From an uncultured Acidimicrobiaceae bacterium (GTDB lineage Bacteria; Actinomycetota; Acidimicrobiia; Acidimicrobiales; RAAP-2), in the NCBI GenBank assembly GCA_963791015.1, contig CAWBQX010000006.1, positions 135,465 through 199,464 on the forward strand: a DNA stretch of 64,000 bases, in the 5' to 3' direction. The first letter of the stretch is position 1. Every line of letters starts with the position of its first letter. Both the position numbers and the translations under genes were made by a program. Shown here piece by piece: positions 59,665 through 64,000 of the stretch. Under the pieces are notes generated by a model. That model did no database searches, was not told where the DNA came from, and saw only the letters and a list, made by a program, of their open reading frames with translations.

Positions 59665-60903
59665 GTGGAGGTGAGCGAGAACACCGAGGTGTCCCGGGGA
59701 ACGCGCCAGCGACTCGATCACGTAGACGCCATGCGTCCGATCAAACAGACGGCGGTCATTTCCACCCACGCGCTGATCTACTTCTCACCACTCTCGACGA
59801 GTTTCGTCGCGGCCAGTCTGCTCACCGTGACGCACTTTTCGAGGGACGCCTTCCTCTTCGTCTCGGCGTGCATGCTCGCCTACAGCTATCGAAACTCCAC
59901 CAGCGTCAAGCTGGCCCCGTACTGGAAGCGGCGCTTCATCTCGGTGGGCCTCGTCTACATCGTGTGGAGCGTGATCTACTTTCCCATCGCCGCGGCTCAG
60001 GACACCTCGACCTTTCCCTACCTCAAGATTCCGGGCTCGGCCATCTTTAGCCATCACGGACTCCACGACTTTCTCTTCAACTTCGCCACCGGCTACTACC
60101 ACCTCTACTTCTTGCTGGTACTACTCGAGTTCTACGTCCTGTTTCCCGCGATCTTCTGGTACCTGCAGCGCTACCCGCGCTCGCGCATCCCCGTGCTGCT
60201 TGGGGCGCTTTTGTGGCAGGTTGTCTTTCCCATCGCGATCCGCAAGAACTGGTTCGGCTTCGTCATGCCGTCGAAGATTGAGACGCGACTGGTGTTCTCG
60301 TACCCGCTCTATCTCCTGGGTGGGGTGGTGTGCGCCTTCTACCTGGAGTCGTTTCACGACTGGGTGCTGCGCCACAAAAAGGCGATCCTGATCGCCACGG
60401 TGGTAGCCGCTGCCGTCCCGCTCATCGTGGACTACGCAGCCAAGCACGGGTCGTCGATCTCGGGAGTGATCGTGCCCGGGGGGAACCCCTTCGCCGCACT
60501 GGTAATTCCGTACGACGTCCTGGCGATCCTGTGCGTCTACCTGTTCGGGGTCTATCTCGTGAGTCCCAATCGCAGTGCGCGCACGCGCGCCATCACCGCG
60601 TCGGGTTCGGAGGCCGCGTACGGCATCTACGTGTCCCAGATCGTCTGGATCATCGTGGAGATTGCCTGGGCCAAGCATTTTCACCTGTACCAGCGTGTTC
60701 CGTGGGGGATCCTCGCCTTCGCCGCGCTCGTCATTACCTATCTCGCGGGCTGGCTCTTCAGTGCGCTGTGCGCACGTACGCCCCTCGCGCGTGCGGTCGT
60801 GGGGCGCGCACAGGTGCCTTGGCGCACGTTGTGGCCGCATCCTTCGTCATCGAACAGCGAACCGGACTTCGGCGAGGGGCCACTCAATCTGTCCGATGGC
60901 TAG
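59665..60903 (+). CDS. acyltransferase-3 (AT3) family integral membrane O-acyltransferase
   Basis: 412 aa, about 10 TM segments, N-terminal ..R..H.D..R motif region (RLDHVDAMRPIK), HLYFLLVLLEFY. Confidence 0.7.
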   Translation: MEVSENTEVSRGTRQRLDHVDAMRPIKQTAVISTHALIYFSPLSTSFVAASLLTVTHFSRDAFLFVSACMLAYSYRNSTSVKLAPYWKRRFISVGLVYIVWSVIYFPIAAAQDTSTFPYLKIPGSAIFSHHGLHDFLFNFATGYYHLYFLLVLLEFYVLFPAIFWYLQRYPRSRIPVLLGALLWQVVFPIAIRKNWFGFVMPSKIETRLVFSYPLYLLGGVVCAFYLESFHDWVLRHKKAILIATVVAAAVPLIVDYAAKHGSSISGVIVPGGNPFAALVIPYDVLAILCVYLFGVYLVSPNRSARTRAITASGSEAAYGIYVSQIVWIIVEIAWAKHFHLYQRVPWGILAFAALVITYLAGWLFSALCARTPLARAVVGRAQVPWRTLWPHPSSSNSEPDFGEGPLNLSDG

Positions 60904-60963
60904 CCACTTGTTCTAGCGACAATGTCGATATTCGCCTGAGTCGAAACGTGCCATGCTCGATTC

Positions 60964-62349
60964 GTGTCGAGGTCCAAGCGCGAGAGCGAGCGCCAGCGCA
61001 TCCCCCCACCACTGATCAAGCATCGTGTTCCCTCCGGACGGGGTGCGATGGAGCAGCCCAACGTCGCTCACGACGGCGACGCCCGGCTCACCCCTAAGTT
61101 CTGGCTGGCGGTCGTACTCACCGGCGTGGCCGCAGGGCTCTTCGGCGATCTGCTCATGTGGATCCTCAGTCTGTCGGAGCGAGTGGCCTTCGACTACCAC
61201 TCGGGTAGCTACCAGGCGTCGGTGGCTCGCGCATCGGACGCCCATCGGGTGATCTCCTTGGTCGTAGCGGGGGCTATTGGTGCGGTGTCCTGGTACTTGA
61301 TTCGCCGCTACCTGAAAAAGGAGCACTCCGAGATCGACGAAGCGGTGTGGTCAGGCGACGGCGAACTCGGCATGCGACGCAGTCTTCTCACCTCCCTCGT
61401 GTCCGAGGTCGTCGTCGGTGCGGGAGCGTCCATCGGTCGTGAGGCGGCGCCCAAGTTGATGGGCGGAGCGTCGGGCTCACTCATCGCGCACTGGTTCAGT
61501 CTCACGAGTGCGCAAAAGCGCCTGCTCGTGGCGTGCGGCGGGGGCGCGGGACTGGCCGCGGTCTACAACGTGCCATTGGGTGGCGCACTCTTTACCGCGG
61601 AGGTTCTCTACGGGAGTTTCGTGCTGCCCGTTGTGTTCCCCGCGCTCGCGACGTCGGTCATCGCCACGGTTGTGTCGTGGATCTACCTGCCCAGTCACGC
61701 GACGTACGTGGACGTGCCGAACTACCGCTTGAGCGCATCGCTGATGGTCTGGTCGCTGCTCGCGGGAGTCGTCATCGGCCTGCTTGCGGTGGGGTATGTC
61801 CGGTTGATCGGATGGGTCTCGTTTTACCGCGCGAAGGGCACCCACATCTTGTGGCAGATGCCCATCACGTTCGCGCTCGTTGGCGTAGTGGGCATCTGGT
61901 ATCCCCAACTCTTTGGCAACGGCAAGGACATGGCGCACCAAGCTTTTCTCGGTGTCGGTGGCATCGGATTGTTCTTCGCGCTCTTTGCCCTCAAGCCCCT
62001 AGTCACCTCACTCACGCTGGGCAGCGGCGCGGCGGGTGGTCTGTTCACACCGTTTCTCGCGACGGGAGCGATGTTCGGCGCGTTTTTCGGCGCGGCGTGG
62101 GTGCACCTGTGGGCGGGTACCCCGGTGGGCGCGTTCGCCCTCGTGGGTGCGGCCGCGATGATCGGGGCCGCGATGCAGGCCCCTCTCGCCGGGTTGGTTC
62201 TCGTCTTCGAACTCGTCCACGGAGCCTTTGGCATCAGCATTCCGATGATTATGGCCACGGTGATCGCGACGTTATTGGTGCGCCAGATCGATGGATACTC
62301 GATCTATTCGGCGCGTCTACCGCAGCGCGAGCCCGCCCACGAGACCTGA
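60964..62349 (+). CDS. ClC-family chloride/anion channel or antiporter
   Basis: GASIGREAAP, GGALFTAE, GGLFTPFLATGAMFG motifs; multi-TM. Start may be ATG 61048. Confidence 0.8.
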   Translation: MSRSKRESERQRIPPPLIKHRVPSGRGAMEQPNVAHDGDARLTPKFWLAVVLTGVAAGLFGDLLMWILSLSERVAFDYHSGSYQASVARASDAHRVISLVVAGAIGAVSWYLIRRYLKKEHSEIDEAVWSGDGELGMRRSLLTSLVSEVVVGAGASIGREAAPKLMGGASGSLIAHWFSLTSAQKRLLVACGGGAGLAAVYNVPLGGALFTAEVLYGSFVLPVVFPALATSVIATVVSWIYLPSHATYVDVPNYRLSASLMVWSLLAGVVIGLLAVGYVRLIGWVSFYRAKGTHILWQMPITFALVGVVGIWYPQLFGNGKDMAHQAFLGVGGIGLFFALFALKPLVTSLTLGSGAAGGLFTPFLATGAMFGAFFGAAWVHLWAGTPVGAFALVGAAAMIGAAMQAPLAGLVLVFELVHGAFGISIPMIMATVIATLLVRQIDGYSIYSARLPQREPAHET

Positions 62350-62404
62350 GGGCCCGATTCGGGAGAATGACAGACTGGGATGATGACCCCCTCGCCGCAC
62401 GTTC

Positions 62405-63343
62405 ATGGCTGAGAGTTCGTTTCGCGTCCGCAAGGTCGAGCGCGCCGACTGGGCCGCGTTGCGCGCGATTCGTCTCGAAGCCCTCAGTGACTCACCTGAG
62501 GCGTTTGGATCAACCCTGTCGGACACCCAGGTCCTCACCGCTCGACAGTGGAAGACAAAGATCGCCACGTTGCTCTACTTTCTCGTCGAACGAGACGGCC
62601 AGGTCGTGGGGATGGTCTCGGGCGGCTTCAACGACAACCGGCCCGGGACCCACTGGCTCTACGGCATGTACGTCACGCGCACGGCGCGAGGCACCGAAGC
62701 GGCAACCCTGCTGGTCAGGGCCGTTCTCGAGTGGGCGCGGGGCGAAGGAGCGAGTGAGGTCTACTTGCACGTCGCCGCGGCTGCCCCGCGGGCCCGAACC
62801 TTCTATCGCAAGGTGGGATTTCGCGAGACGGGGGAGATCTTTGCGATGGAGCGGGACCTGCGGGTCACGATGTTCACGATGGTCAAGGACGTCGCCGATG
62901 AGTTTCGCGTCGAGCGCGTCGAAGCCTCACGGCTCCACGAACTCCGTCGGCGCGTGCTGCGCAACAACGATCCCGCCGCTTCGGTGGATGAGCCGCGCGA
63001 CCGCGATCCCGAGTCGCGACACTACGCGGGACTGCTCGGCGAGCGAGTGGTGGCCAGCGCGTCGTTCTACCCGTCGCCCGCGCCGATACGGCCCGAACTT
63101 GTGAGCTATCAGCTTCGCTTCATGGCGGTGGACGCCGACGAACAGGCCCACGGTTATGGCGGTCGACTACTCGAAGCTGCGGAAGACTCGCTGCGCGGCA
63201 TCGGAGTCGAGCAACTGTGGGCCAACGCGCGCGACACCGCGCTGGGGTTCTACGAGTCCACAGGGTGGACCATCGTGGCGGATTCCGCCCACGTGAGTGC
63301 GGCGACGAATCTTCCGCACCACCAGATCACAAAGATTCTTTAA
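62405..63343 (+). CDS. tandem GNAT-domain acetyltransferase
   Basis: Two acetyl-CoA motif regions (MYVTRTARGTEAATLL.. and MAVDADEQAHGYGGRLL..) in 312 aa. Confidence 0.7.
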   Translation: MAESSFRVRKVERADWAALRAIRLEALSDSPEAFGSTLSDTQVLTARQWKTKIATLLYFLVERDGQVVGMVSGGFNDNRPGTHWLYGMYVTRTARGTEAATLLVRAVLEWARGEGASEVYLHVAAAAPRARTFYRKVGFRETGEIFAMERDLRVTMFTMVKDVADEFRVERVEASRLHELRRRVLRNNDPAASVDEPRDRDPESRHYAGLLGERVVASASFYPSPAPIRPELVSYQLRFMAVDADEQAHGYGGRLLEAAEDSLRGIGVEQLWANARDTALGFYESTGWTIVADSAHVSAATNLPHHQITKIL

Positions 63344-63397
63344 AGACTCGTTAAACGAGACCACGGGGCCAACGTCCCTCTTACTAAGTTTGACCAA

Positions 63398-64000
63398 ATG
63401 CGCAAAGTCGTCCCCATCCTCATTGCTGTCATCGTGATCGCCGCTGCCGGAGCCATCTTCTACTCCCGGGACCACTCGGCGAAGGGGGCGACCACCACAA
63501 CCACGACGTCCACCACGACAACGACTGTGCCCAAGGGTCCTTTCGCGCCGCTCACCGGACTGCTCGACCCCACGGGCGTGTCGCTGACCCGACCGGCTCT
63601 CACCGTCAAGATCGAGAACACTCCCGAGGCCCTGCCCCAGTGGGGCATCACCGAGGCCGACGTCGTCTACGAAGAGATCGTGAACGGCGGCATCACCCGC
63701 TTGGCCGCCGTCTTCAACTCCCACGCGCCCACCAAGATCGGGCCAGTTCGCTCGGTGCGGCCCACCGACACCCAGGTCGTCTGGCCCATCGGGGGGATCT
63801 TCGCCTTTTCCGGCGGCGCCCCGTACGCGATCGACTCCATCGAGACCGCCCCGGTCAAGCTCATCGACGAGGACTCGGCCGGTACGGCGATGTTCCGCGA
63901 CCTGAGCCTTCAAGCTCCGCACAACCTGTTCGCGAGCGGTCCTCTGCTCTTCGCCTTCAAGGGCACACCGACGCCACCGCCCGCCCTCTTTAGCTACCGC
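63398..64000 (+). CDS. DUF3048-family secreted/membrane-anchored protein, 3' end cut by window edge
   Basis: Not in the ORF track because no stop is reached. Own translation: MRKVVPILIAVIV.. TM helix, poly-Thr linker, PLTGL...RPALTVKIENTPEALPQWGITEADVVYEEIVNGGITRLAAVF...GPVRSVRPTD. Confidence 0.75.
   Translation, partial: MRKVVPILIAVIVIAAAGAIFYSRDHSAKGATTTTTTSTTTTTVPKGPFAPLTGLLDPTGVSLTRPALTVKIENTPEALPQWGITEADVVYEEIVNGGITRLAAVFNSHAPTKIGPVRSVRPTDTQVVWPIGGIFAFSGGAPYAIDSIETAPVKLIDEDSAGTAMFRDLSLQAPHNLFASGPLLFAFKGTPTPPPALFSYR

Noticed and set aside
60904-61047. Possible fluoride (crcB-motif) riboswitch upstream of the ClC-family gene
   Set aside because: I could not find the conserved GGnGAUG...CUGAUGA..CCUAC elements or a matching pseudoknot; only a loose CUGAUCAAG. 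The true start codon is also uncertain.

Overview
High-GC, gene-dense chromosomal segment that looks actinobacterial. The backbone synteny is tmk-holB, tilS-hpt-folE-folP-folB-folK-panC-coaX-lysS, clpC-radA, carD-ispD-ispF-rlmB, groEL. All calls come from reading the six-frame translations and raw sequence against remembered family motifs; no searches were run. I call about 70 protein genes, two tRNA-Thr genes, one SAM-I-clan riboswitch, a CIRCE operator, a Fur/Zur-type box, one IS481-family element and several gene remnants. I saw no rRNA and no CRISPR array. The points most worth a second look are listed here. (1) A Fur/Zur-linked, translationally coupled pgeF / MurL-like / MurD-paralogue operon, a candidate racemase-independent D-Glu route for peptidoglycan. 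(2) A divergent metal ABC uptake operon carrying at least five +1 frameshifts beside an intact regulator. (3) A SAM-riboswitch-controlled threonine-synthase-like plus MoaD/ThiS-like pair, i.e. sulfur-carrier-dependent homocysteine synthesis. (4) An uncharacterised phosphosulfolactate synthase (ComA) - VOC - adenylating enzyme - membrane acyltransferase cluster, divergent from a histidine phosphatase. (5) A Cys-to-Gly phosphatase-fold protein embedded in the folate operon. (6) A lower-GC islet at tRNA-Thr(TGT) with a repeat-rich OmpA-anchored surface protein and an IS481 element whose target duplication copies the tRNA 3' end. (7) A mosaic MazEF region built from gene remnants and a 174-bp direct repeat. 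Eight apparent frameshifts in the window all behave as single-base insertions, so sequencing or assembly error has to be excluded before any of them is called a pseudogene.
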